Shown here piece after piece: positions 9,480 through 19,101 of a stretch of 46,760 bases of DNA. Under the pieces are notes generated by a model, which was given only the letters and a program-made list of their open reading frames with translations, did no database searches and had not been told where the DNA came from. This stretch comes from Methanotrichaceae archaeon (lineage in GTDB: Archaea; Halobacteriota; Methanosarcinia; Methanotrichales; Methanotrichaceae). The position numbers and the translations under genes are program-made. Position 1 is the stretch's first letter; every line of letters starts with the position of its first letter. The stretch lies in NCBI GenBank assembly GCA_963803145.1, contig CAWDLW010000045.1, forward strand, positions 1-46,760. Direction: 5' to 3'.

Positions 9480-10532
9480 ATGAAGACCGAGCTTCAGGAT
9501 GAATATCAGAAATTCATAGCCAGGAAGGCGCTCTTCTTCCTGATCATGATATTGGGGATAATTGTCTTGGCTGGAGTGGCTGTCAGCCTAGGCTCGGCAA
9601 ATATCCGCATTGAAGATGTTTATTCCGCCATTCTGGCCAGGTTCTTTCCTGGGTATTTCCATACAACAGCGTTTACAGATATGATCGTTTGGGACCTGCG
9701 GCTTCATAGAATTCTAATGAGCATAGTTGCAGGCATGGGGCTGGCGGTTGCAGGGGCTGTGATGCAGGGAATCCTGAAGAATCCCCTGGCAAGCCCTTTT
9801 ACCCTGGGAATCTCGTCTGCCGCCAGCTTCGGAGCCTCATTAGCCATCATACTGGGCGCAGGTTTCGTTGGCGGGCAGTGGCTCGTCATCGGGAATGCCT
9901 TTATTTTCACACTTCTGGCCTCTCTTGCAGTTTATGGCCTGTCCAAGTACAAGGGAGTAACACCTGAGACCATGATCCTGGCGGGAATCGCTATCATGTA
10001 TCTCTTCTCGGCCTTGACATCCTTTCTGCAGTACGTTGGCAAATCGGATCAGGTTCACGAAGTTGTCTTCTGGATGATGGGCAGCCTTGGTCGATCATCC
10101 TGGGAGAAGGTGGAGATAGTCGCAGCCGTTCTTATTATCTGTTTCCCCTATCTCATCATCAGGTCATGGGATCTCAATGCCCTCGGAGCTGGCGATGAGA
10201 CCGCCGAAAGCCTGGGCGTGAATGTGGAGTGGACAAGAGTGATATATACTATGCTGGCATCGCTCATAACTGCCAGCATAATTTGCTTCACTGGAACGAT
10301 TGGCTTCATAGACCTGGTCGCACCCCATATAACCAGGATGGCCATAGGCGGAGATCACAGGTTCCTTCTGCCGGGTTCAGCATTGGTGGGCGGGCTGCTT
10401 CTCCTGGGTTCAGATACGCTTGCTAGGGTTCTATTAGCACCGGTGATATTGCCAGTGGGCATTATGACATCTTTTCTTGGTGTTCCGTTCTTCGTATATC
10501 TCTTCCTGCGAAGGAGGAAGGAGTATTGGTAA
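9480..10532 (+). CDS. btuC: FecCD/BtuC-family ABC permease
   Basis: QGILKNPLASPFTLGISSAA, GDETAESLGV, FTGTIGF, ILPVGIMTSFLGVPFF. Confidence 0.9.
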   Translation: MKTELQDEYQKFIARKALFFLIMILGIIVLAGVAVSLGSANIRIEDVYSAILARFFPGYFHTTAFTDMIVWDLRLHRILMSIVAGMGLAVAGAVMQGILKNPLASPFTLGISSAASFGASLAIILGAGFVGGQWLVIGNAFIFTLLASLAVYGLSKYKGVTPETMILAGIAIMYLFSALTSFLQYVGKSDQVHEVVFWMMGSLGRSSWEKVEIVAAVLIICFPYLIIRSWDLNALGAGDETAESLGVNVEWTRVIYTMLASLITASIICFTGTIGFIDLVAPHITRMAIGGDHRFLLPGSALVGGLLLLGSDTLARVLLAPVILPVGIMTSFLGVPFFVYLFLRRRKEYW

Positions 10533-11305
10533 ACATCGCCATCAAAGGCCTCTCTTTTGGCTACAGCGGCTCCAAGATTCTTGATGGCCTCGATCTGGTG
10601 GTCGAGGATTCTCAGGTGCTGGGGCTGGTCGGCCCAAACGGCTCGGGAAAGACCACCCTGATAAAATGCATCGACAGGATACTCAAGCCAAAAGGAAGCA
10701 TACTTCTCGATGGCCGGGAGATGGAGAACATGAGCAGGCAGGAGGTAGCCAGATGCGTCGGCTATGTCCCCCAGTCCGGCGCTCCTCCCCAGATCGCTAC
10801 AGTTTTTGATGCTATTCTAATGGGAAGAATGCCCCATATGGGCTGGCGAATCTCTCCTGAAGATATAGACATTGTGGCTGAGATGATAGAGCTTCTGCAC
10901 CTGGAGGATCTCGCAATGAGAGATTTCAGCGATCTTTCAGGAGGCCAGAAGCAGAAAGTTCTGATAGCCAGGGCTCTTTGTCAGGAGCCAGAGATCCTGC
11001 TACTGGATGAGCCCACCTCAAACCTGGATATGAAACACCAGCTTGAGGTCATGGAGATCATAGCCTATCTGGTCAAGAAGAAGAATGTCTCAGTGGTCAT
11101 GGCGTTACATGATCTGAATTTAGCCGCCAGGTTTGTTGATAAGATGGTAATCCTCAAGGGCGGCAAAATCTATGCAGCAGGAGAACCTTCCGATCTTCTG
11201 AACGCCAAAAACATCCGAGAGGTCTATGGGGTCGAGGCCATAGTGATGGATTACCTTGGAAGACCTTATATCATTCCTTTAAAATCACTTACTAAAAGAT
11301 CATAG
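10526..11305 (+). CDS. btuD: FecE/BtuD-family ABC ATPase
   Basis: GPNGSGKTT, LSGGQKQ, LLLDEPT, ALHDLNLA. Confidence 0.9.
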   Translation: MVNIAIKGLSFGYSGSKILDGLDLVVEDSQVLGLVGPNGSGKTTLIKCIDRILKPKGSILLDGREMENMSRQEVARCVGYVPQSGAPPQIATVFDAILMGRMPHMGWRISPEDIDIVAEMIELLHLEDLAMRDFSDLSGGQKQKVLIARALCQEPEILLLDEPTSNLDMKHQLEVMEIIAYLVKKKNVSVVMALHDLNLAARFVDKMVILKGGKIYAAGEPSDLLNAKNIREVYGVEAIVMDYLGRPYIIPLKSLTKRS

Positions 11306-12548
11306 ATAAGCACAGGAAAAAGAGGAAGGCAACAGGTTTTAGCCCCTGGTTTTTCTCTCGATCGCTGAATGCATAGACCTTGTCGCCACCTATACTGAAA
11401 ATCGTGCTGCCCGCTATGGCTGGAGAAGATCCTCCGCCAGAATAGCTCCATACAAGTTCACCTGTTGTGGCATTGAGGGCGCATAATCCGACATATTCAG
11501 AGTTGTTCAGTTTACCGGCGAACACCAGACCGTCTGCATAAGCAGGAGAGCACCTCCAGTCGCCTATTTTTTCATTAGGTGATGTTTTCCAGATCAACTT
11601 TCCAGTGATGGCGTCGAAGCAATAAGTGGACAGATTGCTGAATCCATCGACTCCTCCACAGATGTAGACTTTGCCTTGTGCCAGGGCTGGAGTGGCGTCC
11701 GTCCTTTCAATCTTCGCTTTCCAGAGCACCGATCCGTTTTGCAGCGATAGGGCCAGGATGTCTCCATCTCCCTCGAAATTAAATGTGGTCATATAAACCA
11801 CGCCTTTGGAGATGGCAGCTGATCCGCAAGGCGAGTTTTCGGTGCTGAGGTTCCAGATCTCAGAGTCGTTCTCCAGATGAACACAGTATATCTTGCCACC
11901 CTCGCCCCATTCCCAGCCTCCGAATACTGCTTTGCCCTCAGATATGGCTGGAGTGGACTGGGCGTCGCCCATCACGGTGAAGTTCCAGAGTTCCCTTCCA
12001 GTAGATTCGTTAAGGCAGTAATAATGATGACCGTCCCAATCGCTGACCATTACCTTGCCATCGCTCACTACAGGGCTGCCATCCACAGCGCCCCTTCCTG
12101 TTCGAGGTGTGAAGTTCCAAAGCTCTTTTCCATCCTCGGCGCTGAGGCAAACCGTCTTGAAAGCCGACAGAAACACCTTTCCGTCATCATAGACAGGCGT
12201 GAAACCCAGGACGTTGCAAGTATCAGGTGTGGCCTCGAAGGATGAGTTCCACAGGACCTTTCCTGAACTCTGGTTCATGCAGACAAGGTGATTTATGCAG
12301 TTCACGAAGACCTTGCCCTCGGCCACGGATACCGAGGATCCGGGTTGAGCGCTGATGTTCTCGCTGATCCAGACCGTCTGGTTGTCCTTGGGGACTGATA
12401 AAGCCAAGCTTCCTGTGTGCGGTGGGTCTAAGTGGAATTGCGGCCCGCCTTCATATTCCATGCTGTACACGGGCTGGATGAGGGCTGCCATCAGAATAAC
12501 AGCCAACAGCATCAGCCCCCTTAATTCGATTGGATTTTCGATACTCAT
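11292..12548 (-). CDS. Secreted PQQ-like (BamB-type) beta-propeller protein
   Basis: Signal peptide; repeated S[ST]P...G.V and G.ELW motifs; hydrophobic C-terminus. Confidence 0.8.
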   Translation of the reverse strand: MSIENPIELRGLMLLAVILMAALIQPVYSMEYEGGPQFHLDPPHTGSLALSVPKDNQTVWISENISAQPGSSVSVAEGKVFVNCINHLVCMNQSSGKVLWNSSFEATPDTCNVLGFTPVYDDGKVFLSAFKTVCLSAEDGKELWNFTPRTGRGAVDGSPVVSDGKVMVSDWDGHHYYCLNESTGRELWNFTVMGDAQSTPAISEGKAVFGGWEWGEGGKIYCVHLENDSEIWNLSTENSPCGSAAISKGVVYMTTFNFEGDGDILALSLQNGSVLWKAKIERTDATPALAQGKVYICGGVDGFSNLSTYCFDAITGKLIWKTSPNEKIGDWRCSPAYADGLVFAGKLNNSEYVGLCALNATTGELVWSYSGGGSSPAIAGSTIFSIGGDKVYAFSDREKNQGLKPVAFLFFLCLSMIF

Positions 12549-12598
12549 GGATCTAAACCTCTTTCTTAATCAATATTGCAGAATGATCGCGCCTTTTG

Positions 12599-13867
12599 CT
12601 ATGACCGGAAAGGAGCCTCGCCGAGGCAGTAGAGCTTCCCGCCCTCAGTTCCGAAATATATGAGCCCATCGGAGATGGCCACTCCTCCCAGGATGTATCC
12701 ATCGTCCGGAGGGTTGGATTCCCACATCAAGAGCCCCTTGTCTCCAGCATCCTCCAGACAGTATACTGATCCGTTTACTCGGGCAGTGGTGAAACAGATT
12801 CGAACCCTGTCTCCATTCAAAGAGAGAGCCGGAGAAGCCTTGACTCCTGCATCCAGAGGATAGGACCAGATCTCTTTTCCACTGGAGTCATCCAGGCAGA
12901 TAATTTCTCCAGGGTGGCCATGCTCTCCTGCGCCCAGATAGACCCTGCCTTTGAAGACCACGGGCGTGGAAGTGCTGAAACCTACGAGCGAACTCCAGCC
13001 ACGGTTCTCGAACAGTCCAGATTTCGTGTCAAAGCCAATCTTCCAGGCGTATCCTATACAGGGTGAAGACTCTGAGGTTGTGTAGACATAGTCATCATGG
13101 AATGAGGCAGAGGCACGGATGCGGCCTGAGTCTGCCTTGGCAAAAGAGAGGCGAGAGCGGTTATTCAAGTTCAGCTTGTCCGCCACTTTGCCAATCCTTC
13201 GATCTACGCTAAGAAGAACTCCGTCGTTCTCGCCAAAGATCAGGTAGTCGCCTGCGACACAGGCACCACACCACTGATATCCTGTGGTGTTTCTGGTAAT
13301 ATTCCAGATTTCATCTCCATCTTCGTCGAAGCAAAAATATCGTTTTTGGGATTTGCCGTAGGCACTGCCCTCGCCAAGATAGATCAGTCCCTCTGAACAG
13401 GTCAAAGGTCCCTCAAATCTCTTGTTCGTCAGGCTTCGGCTCCATAGCTTCCGGCCGTTTGATGCATTGAAGGCTGCCAGGACTCCCGAATCAGTGGCGG
13501 CAAAGATCTTATCACCGTTGCAGGTCGGAGTTGAAGTCTGCAATGTCCAGCCATTTATCTGAGACCGCCATCTCATCTCTCCGGTCTTCTTATCCATTGC
13601 AGATAGAGAGCCATTATCGGTCAGAGCATAAACCAGGCCTGAAGATATGATAGGAGTCGCTGAAACGCTATAGAGATCTGCAGACCATTTTATCTGAGGT
13701 ATCAGCAGAACCTCATCGGTACAAAGTCCGGAATGAGTCTCGTCTCTCTGGAACTGAGGCCAGTCTGTTCCTTCTCCAGAGGATGCAAGCAGCAAGATCG
13801 CGAAGGAGAAACCGAATAGGTTCCACATAAAGCTTTTCAAAACGGTCCTATCTGCCCTCCTACCCAT
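12599..13867 (-). CDS. Secreted PQQ-like beta-propeller protein
   Basis: DWPQFQRD start of propeller, repeated G..W motifs; ATG at 13867 after GAGGG. Confidence 0.8.
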   Translation of the reverse strand: MGRRADRTVLKSFMWNLFGFSFAILLLASSGEGTDWPQFQRDETHSGLCTDEVLLIPQIKWSADLYSVSATPIISSGLVYALTDNGSLSAMDKKTGEMRWRSQINGWTLQTSTPTCNGDKIFAATDSGVLAAFNASNGRKLWSRSLTNKRFEGPLTCSEGLIYLGEGSAYGKSQKRYFCFDEDGDEIWNITRNTTGYQWCGACVAGDYLIFGENDGVLLSVDRRIGKVADKLNLNNRSRLSFAKADSGRIRASASFHDDYVYTTSESSPCIGYAWKIGFDTKSGLFENRGWSSLVGFSTSTPVVFKGRVYLGAGEHGHPGEIICLDDSSGKEIWSYPLDAGVKASPALSLNGDRVRICFTTARVNGSVYCLEDAGDKGLLMWESNPPDDGYILGGVAISDGLIYFGTEGGKLYCLGEAPFRS

Positions 13868-14065
13868 GCTCTTTCCCTCTAAATAAAGCAAATTTGATTT
13901 AAGGTAAATTTAGTTGAATTTAAGTGTTTCGATTGGTCCATCACCTCTCTGGAGTGCCTCATGAACCCTCCTATCGCATAACGAAACATTTTTTAAGCTA
14001 AAGCCAGCTGGGTTGATTAAATACGTTTTCAGGTGGGCTTCAATAATTTTGCGAGGAAGAGTCAA

Positions 14066-15796
14066 ATGGTTTCGAATTTTAGTGGCGACATTAATAAGGT
14101 GCCCTATGAAGAACTGAAGATCGCCCTTATTCACGCCTCTATTTTCTGGAAGGAAAAAGATAAAAATATCGCCAAATTATTAGCCATGAATAAGGAAGCG
14201 GCCCAAAAAGGTTCCCAAATCATCGTAAATACTGAGCTTGCCACCACCGGCTATGCCTTTGAGAGCAGAAAGGAAATTGCTCCAATGGCCGAGAGCATTC
14301 CCGGGCCCACAACGGAGGCATTCGGTCGGATTGCAAAAGAGCATGGCTGCTACATCTGCATCGGCATGCCCGAGCGCGATTCCAAAACCGGCATATTCTA
14401 CAATTCTGCAGCATTGCTCGGGCCGACAGGAAGCGTTGTGGCCAGATATCGTAAGCTATCTCCTGCCTTCAGGGAAAATCTATGGGCAGCAAAGGGCAAT
14501 CTCCCAGTTCCTGTAGTCCAGACCGAGTTTGGAGCCCTGAGTTTTGTGATTTGTGCCGATGCGTACTTCTACAGGCCAGCAAGGATTGCAGCTCTGCAAG
14601 GGGCGAGGCTTCTGATGGTCCCTGCCAACTGGCCTCCGGAGCACCACAATCCAGAAAATTTTTGGCGAGCCAGAGCCTTTGAAAACAGCATGTATATCCT
14701 GGCCTGCAACCGGACGGGTAGGGACAAGATTATGGACTGCAATCGTGCACAATCCTATATCATAGATCCCCAGGGAGAAGCGGTAGTTCGGATCAGCTCT
14801 CCAGACGATACTATCATCTACGGCGCTTTGCCCTTGAGCGGCATCATATCGCAAAATACTTTGAGCGGTAGGCGGCCCCAATGCTATGGAAATATATCGT
14901 TAGATCCATACTCTCACATCAATATCGAGTTCTTGCTCGGTTTGCCGGAAGCAGCCGAATTTACAGCCGCAACACTGCAGTTCAGCTCCAAACCCCTGGA
15001 TGTTGAAGCCAATGCGAAGAAAGCGCTTCAGCTTATAGACGAATCTGTGGCCAAAGTAGCCGAAGATGAGCAGGTGATCAATCTTATTGTATTGCCTGAG
15101 CTTTTCACATCTGGGACAATTGCCAATTCAGAGGAGGCAAAGATGTGCTCGGAGGAGATTCCTGGGAGTACAACGGATCTCATTGCTGAAAAAGCGCGGG
15201 AAAAGGATCTCTTCATAGTCCTGGGCATGGCTGAGATGGATGAACAGGGATTCTATAATGCCTCAGTTCTGATTGGTCCTAATGGCATCGTGGGCAAATA
15301 CAGAAAAGTTCATCTCTCATCAAATGACTGGAGATGGGCCATACCTGGGAAGGGCGGTTTTGCGACCTTTGACCTTCCGTTCGCCAGAATTGGCATGCTC
15401 ATCGGTCACGATCTGATGTTCCCGGAAGCTTCCGATTCTCTGGCAAAGCTAGGCGCTGACCTCCTTTGTGTGTCTGCTCTCTGGAGCGATGACAATTCTC
15501 ATTTTATTTGGGAGGCAAGGCTCGGGGAGCAAATGCATCTGGCCATTGCCAATCAATGGGGGAACTGCGGAAGGCTCCATGCTCTCGGAGAAAGCTTGCT
15601 ATGCAATTACTCCCGGTATCCTGAAAAGATCACCCGTTTGTTATCACCATCCGAAGGAGACGCGATCAATATTCTGAAATTTAATACAAGGGATTCTCGA
15701 GAAAAGAGGTTCATGGAGAATATCGATTATGGAGTGCTTCTTGATTTAACAAATTCAGATCCTAGTGGAGATGGCCGACCATTGCCCTTAGCTTAA
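14066..15796 (+). CDS. Carbon-nitrogen hydrolase (nitrilase superfamily) with two tandem domains
   Basis: Domain 1 has E-K-C (TELA, YRKL, ICAD); domain 2 has LPEL and YRKVHL but IGHD at the nucleophile site. ATG 14066 after GAGGA. Confidence 0.85.
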   Translation: MVSNFSGDINKVPYEELKIALIHASIFWKEKDKNIAKLLAMNKEAAQKGSQIIVNTELATTGYAFESRKEIAPMAESIPGPTTEAFGRIAKEHGCYICIGMPERDSKTGIFYNSAALLGPTGSVVARYRKLSPAFRENLWAAKGNLPVPVVQTEFGALSFVICADAYFYRPARIAALQGARLLMVPANWPPEHHNPENFWRARAFENSMYILACNRTGRDKIMDCNRAQSYIIDPQGEAVVRISSPDDTIIYGALPLSGIISQNTLSGRRPQCYGNISLDPYSHINIEFLLGLPEAAEFTAATLQFSSKPLDVEANAKKALQLIDESVAKVAEDEQVINLIVLPELFTSGTIANSEEAKMCSEEIPGSTTDLIAEKAREKDLFIVLGMAEMDEQGFYNASVLIGPNGIVGKYRKVHLSSNDWRWAIPGKGGFATFDLPFARIGMLIGHDLMFPEASDSLAKLGADLLCVSALWSDDNSHFIWEARLGEQMHLAIANQWGNCGRLHALGESLLCNYSRYPEKITRLLSPSEGDAINILKFNTRDSREKRFMENIDYGVLLDLTNSDPSGDGRPLPLA

Positions 15797-15797
15797 A

Positions 15798-16073
15798 CCC
15801 ACATCCCGCAGGTGCAACTTCCAAAACCTAGTATTTTTCCTGATAACGATTTTCTGAAAAATCACATAGAAGCGATCACTTAATCTTGAGCTAGAATTAT
15901 ATTCTCTAATAATTATAACATCAATTTCTCTTTAGACGTATTGACCTGCTTGGACCTCATTTTAATTGCTTATATTTATTTTAACCATAAACGCGTTCAT
16001 AATTAAATCCTAAATCCCAATTTGTAAAACTGAAAAATTCAGAATTCTTAATGACCTACCTGCGGGATGTGGG
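15798..16073. mobile_element. MITE, probably IS1634-derived
   Basis: Perfect 16 bp terminal inverted repeats CCCACATCCCGCAGGT / ACCTGCGGGATGTGGG, 6 bp direct repeat CTTAAA at 15792-15797 and 16074-16079, AT-rich non-coding interior. Family assignment is inference. Confidence 0.85.
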
Positions 16074-16192
16074 CTTAAAGAATCCTTGCCCAAATTAAGA
16101 GAAATTTATCAAATGAGCTTTTCCTTGATCAAGTTTATCTGTTGAAAATTATAAATAGTACTGTTGGATTATTATCCGTAAAGATGAGAGCC

Positions 16193-16378
16193 ATGTTGGA
16201 CAAATTTGTATCCGAGCATCTCTATGGCAAGACTATAGAGGCATATTTCGGCACTGGAAAAGCGGACAGGATCAAAGGCAAAGTTGTGGGGAGCGCCGAT
16301 GGCGTTCTGGTTCTTGAGAATGATGGAAGAAGAGACTACATAAACGTGGATAACGTTCTCGCAGTCTGGGAGGTATGA
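16193..16378 (+). CDS. Small conserved methanogen-type protein (Sm/SH3-like fold)
   Basis: 61 aa from MLDKF; beta-rich pattern GKVVGSADGVLVLE...YINVDNVLAVW. Confidence 0.6.
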   Translation: MLDKFVSEHLYGKTIEAYFGTGKADRIKGKVVGSADGVLVLENDGRRDYINVDNVLAVWEV

Positions 16379-16401
16379 TATCCAAGTGGTTTTCAGAGTT
16401 G

Positions 16402-16791
16402 TTAAAGATAACAGCAGCTTAGCGCATTGTCGAGATCCTCTCTCTTTACAGGCTTGCATATATATTCGTCCATTCCCGTCTGAATACACGCCTCTCGATC
16501 GCCTTTTTTGTCGCATCCGGTTATCGCGATAATCTTTGTGCTTTGATCATGCCTTTGCTGGCGGATAACTCTGGTTGCCTCCAGGCTGTCCATCTCAGGC
16601 ATCTGTATGTCCATCAGAATCACGTCGTAAGACCGGCTTTCTAAGACATGAAGAACCTCAAGCCCATTATTCGCAAATTCTGCGCGGAGGCCCATGTACT
16701 TCAGAAATCTCATCATCAGCTCCTGGTCGCAGAGGTTGTCTTCTGCAACCAATATTCGCAAGGTGTCACATGATTCTTTCTTTGTAATCAT
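16402..16791 (-). CDS. Stand-alone response regulator receiver (CheY-like)
   Basis: ILVAEDN, ILMDIQMPEMD, IIAIT, YICKPV. Confidence 0.85.
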   Translation of the reverse strand: MITKKESCDTLRILVAEDNLCDQELMMRFLKYMGLRAEFANNGLEVLHVLESRSYDVILMDIQMPEMDSLEATRVIRQQRHDQSTKIIAITGCDKKGDREACIQTGMDEYICKPVKREDLDNALSCCYL

Positions 16792-16813
16792 TTTAAGACC
16801 TCTGATTTCAGGT

Positions 16814-17854
16814 TCATAAATGCAAGTGGAGGGGCATGTCTCCGTGTGCATGCACACCTGTAATGTGATGCTCCTCACCTGAAGCTACAAGAGGATCGAC
16901 AGGGATAGTGGTTCCTGATAGGTAACTCAGGTGATGCATAAGCTGGTGCTGCACCTCTTTGGCGATTTCATGCCCATCCTCCACAGAGATATCATCGGAT
17001 ACGGTCAGGTTAATCTCAGCATGGATCTGGTGCCCCAGCCATCTCACTCGAACATTGGTGATCCCCCTTACACCTTCAACATGGCTTGCGGCCTCCATGA
17101 TTTCATCAACCACCTCAGGCTCGACTCCATCGATAAGGCGACAGAATACCACCTTTGCAGAGTTCCAGGCAATGCAGAGGATGACTACTGTGATGATAAT
17201 ACCGATGAGAGGGTCCATCCAGGAATAACCCATCCAGACTCCAATTGCACCAAAGAAGACCGCCAGGCTTGCCAAGCCGTCCACTCTGGCATGACAGCCA
17301 TCAGCCACCAGAGCAGCACTGTTGATCTCATTTCCTACACGACAGCGATAAACGGCCATTGCTTCGTTACCTAAGAAGCCGATAAGAGCTGCCAGGGCCA
17401 CTTCAAACAGGTGACTTACCGCCTGAGGATGAAATAGCCTATCAATGGATTCGTAGCCGGTGATGATGACGCTTATTAGGATGATCAGCACGATGGCCAA
17501 ACCCGCCAGATCTTCGATTCTACCATAGCCGTAAGTGAACTGCTTGCTTGACTTGCGATGGGCCAGAGAAAAGGCAATCCAGAGAGGAATAGCAGTAGCG
17601 ACATGGCCGAAATTATGGATCGTTTCTGCAAGAAGAGCGACACTTCCCGAGTATGAAGTTACCGCCATCTGAATCAGGGCCGTTGCCAGCAGCACAGCTA
17701 ATGACCATTTGATGGTCGTGATCCCTTTTCGGGTAGCCAGCAGGGAGGGATCTACAACCCCGTGAACATGATGATGACCGCAATGGCTCTCATGACTGTG
17801 CATGTGTTCATCATGCAAGTGTTCCTTGTCATGAGCGTGTTCTTCGTGAGCCAT
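16814..17854 (-). CDS. Cation diffusion facilitator (CDF) transporter with His-rich termini
   Basis: SGSVALLAE, FTYGYGRIE, SAALVADGCH, DPLIG; His-rich N-terminus. Confidence 0.9.
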   Translation of the reverse strand: MAHEEHAHDKEHLHDEHMHSHESHCGHHHVHGVVDPSLLATRKGITTIKWSLAVLLATALIQMAVTSYSGSVALLAETIHNFGHVATAIPLWIAFSLAHRKSSKQFTYGYGRIEDLAGLAIVLIILISVIITGYESIDRLFHPQAVSHLFEVALAALIGFLGNEAMAVYRCRVGNEINSAALVADGCHARVDGLASLAVFFGAIGVWMGYSWMDPLIGIIITVVILCIAWNSAKVVFCRLIDGVEPEVVDEIMEAASHVEGVRGITNVRVRWLGHQIHAEINLTVSDDISVEDGHEIAKEVQHQLMHHLSYLSGTTIPVDPLVASGEEHHITGVHAHGDMPLHLHL

Positions 17855-19095
17855 TACTGAGTCGCCTCTATCGGCTTTGTGGAATCCTTTTGGCTCAATA
17901 TCTTCCGCCTGTCTGAGTTCACGCTAGATTCAGCAGGAGAATAGAGCTTGACCACTTCTATCTTAGCTCCGGACTCTTCGCAATAGGCCCGAATCCTTTT
18001 AACGGAGTGGTCTACCATTCCGCCGGAGGTCATTATCAGTGAGGCCTTGCCCGTCAGAGCCTTGAGGATGCACTTATCTATGACGCCGTAGGTAAAGTCT
18101 AAGTGTATCCCGACTTGCTCCGCCAGCATCTTGGCGTTCGTCCCCATGGCGCCAGTATAACTTACGTGTGACTCATCAAGAATGCTCTTAATTTCTTCTG
18201 GGCCTACCTTATCCACGTTGCAGATGTGGATTGTACCTAAGGCCCCTCTGGATATCGTCCCTTGGTTTCTGGACTCCACAAGATCGGTAAGCTCTAGGAC
18301 ATTTCTGGGTGGATTAGAATCTCTCAACAAACCTCGTCCGACAAGTTCTTTGTAGAGGTCTACCACAATTGGCAGCTTCAGCCTGGCTCTCTTGATCAGC
18401 TCCGCGTCTCCGAAAACCTCCTGTCCGGTGCCTCGGTGGAGCACTCCGCCATTCTCCATCAGGATAACCTCGTCGGCCCAGCGATACGCCAGCTCTACAT
18501 CATGTGTGGAGATGATCACAGTCTTCCCTCCACAGTTAAGCTCGTCCAGCATATCCATAATTTCTTCAGAGCTGGCCGGGTCGAGGTTAGAGGTTGGCTC
18601 GTCCAGGATAATCACCTCGGGCTCCATGGCCAGAATGCCAGCTATGGCTACTCTCTTCTTCTCGCCGCCGCTGAGGTGGTGAGGTGGACGCCGATCGTAG
18701 CCTGAGAGGCCAACGTAGGCAAGGGCATAACCTACATACCTCTTCACTTTCTCATCAGGAAATCCCAGGTTCACCGGACCGAAGGCCACGTCCTGGTAAA
18801 CTGTAGGTGCGAAGATCTGATCGTCTGAGTTCTGGAAGACCATACCAACCTTGCGCCTTATTTCCCTGAGGGAGGCGGAATCATACCGCAAATCTTGGTC
18901 GTGAAAGAGAACTTCTCCAGAAGTAGGCCGGAGGATGCCATTAAACATGAGCATGAGTGTGGATTTGCCTGCCCCGTTAGGCCCCACAAGGGCAACTTTG
19001 CGGCCTTCCTCTAACGATATGCTAACATCTTTCAGGGCTTCTATTCCATCTCCATATGAATAGCCAACATTTCTGGTTTCAATGATGAATGTCAT
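17854..19095 (-). CDS. cbiO: Cobalt ECF transporter ATPase CbiO with C-terminal extension
   Basis: GPNGAGKST, VFQNSDDQIF, HLSGGEKKRVAIAG, STHD; about 130 extra residues. Confidence 0.9.
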   Translation of the reverse strand: MTFIIETRNVGYSYGDGIEALKDVSISLEEGRKVALVGPNGAGKSTLMLMFNGILRPTSGEVLFHDQDLRYDSASLREIRRKVGMVFQNSDDQIFAPTVYQDVAFGPVNLGFPDEKVKRYVGYALAYVGLSGYDRRPPHHLSGGEKKRVAIAGILAMEPEVIILDEPTSNLDPASSEEIMDMLDELNCGGKTVIISTHDVELAYRWADEVILMENGGVLHRGTGQEVFGDAELIKRARLKLPIVVDLYKELVGRGLLRDSNPPRNVLELTDLVESRNQGTISRGALGTIHICNVDKVGPEEIKSILDESHVSYTGAMGTNAKMLAEQVGIHLDFTYGVIDKCILKALTGKASLIMTSGGMVDHSVKRIRAYCEESGAKIEVVKLYSPAESSVNSDRRKILSQKDSTKPIEATQ

Positions 19096-19101
19096 ATATC
19101 C

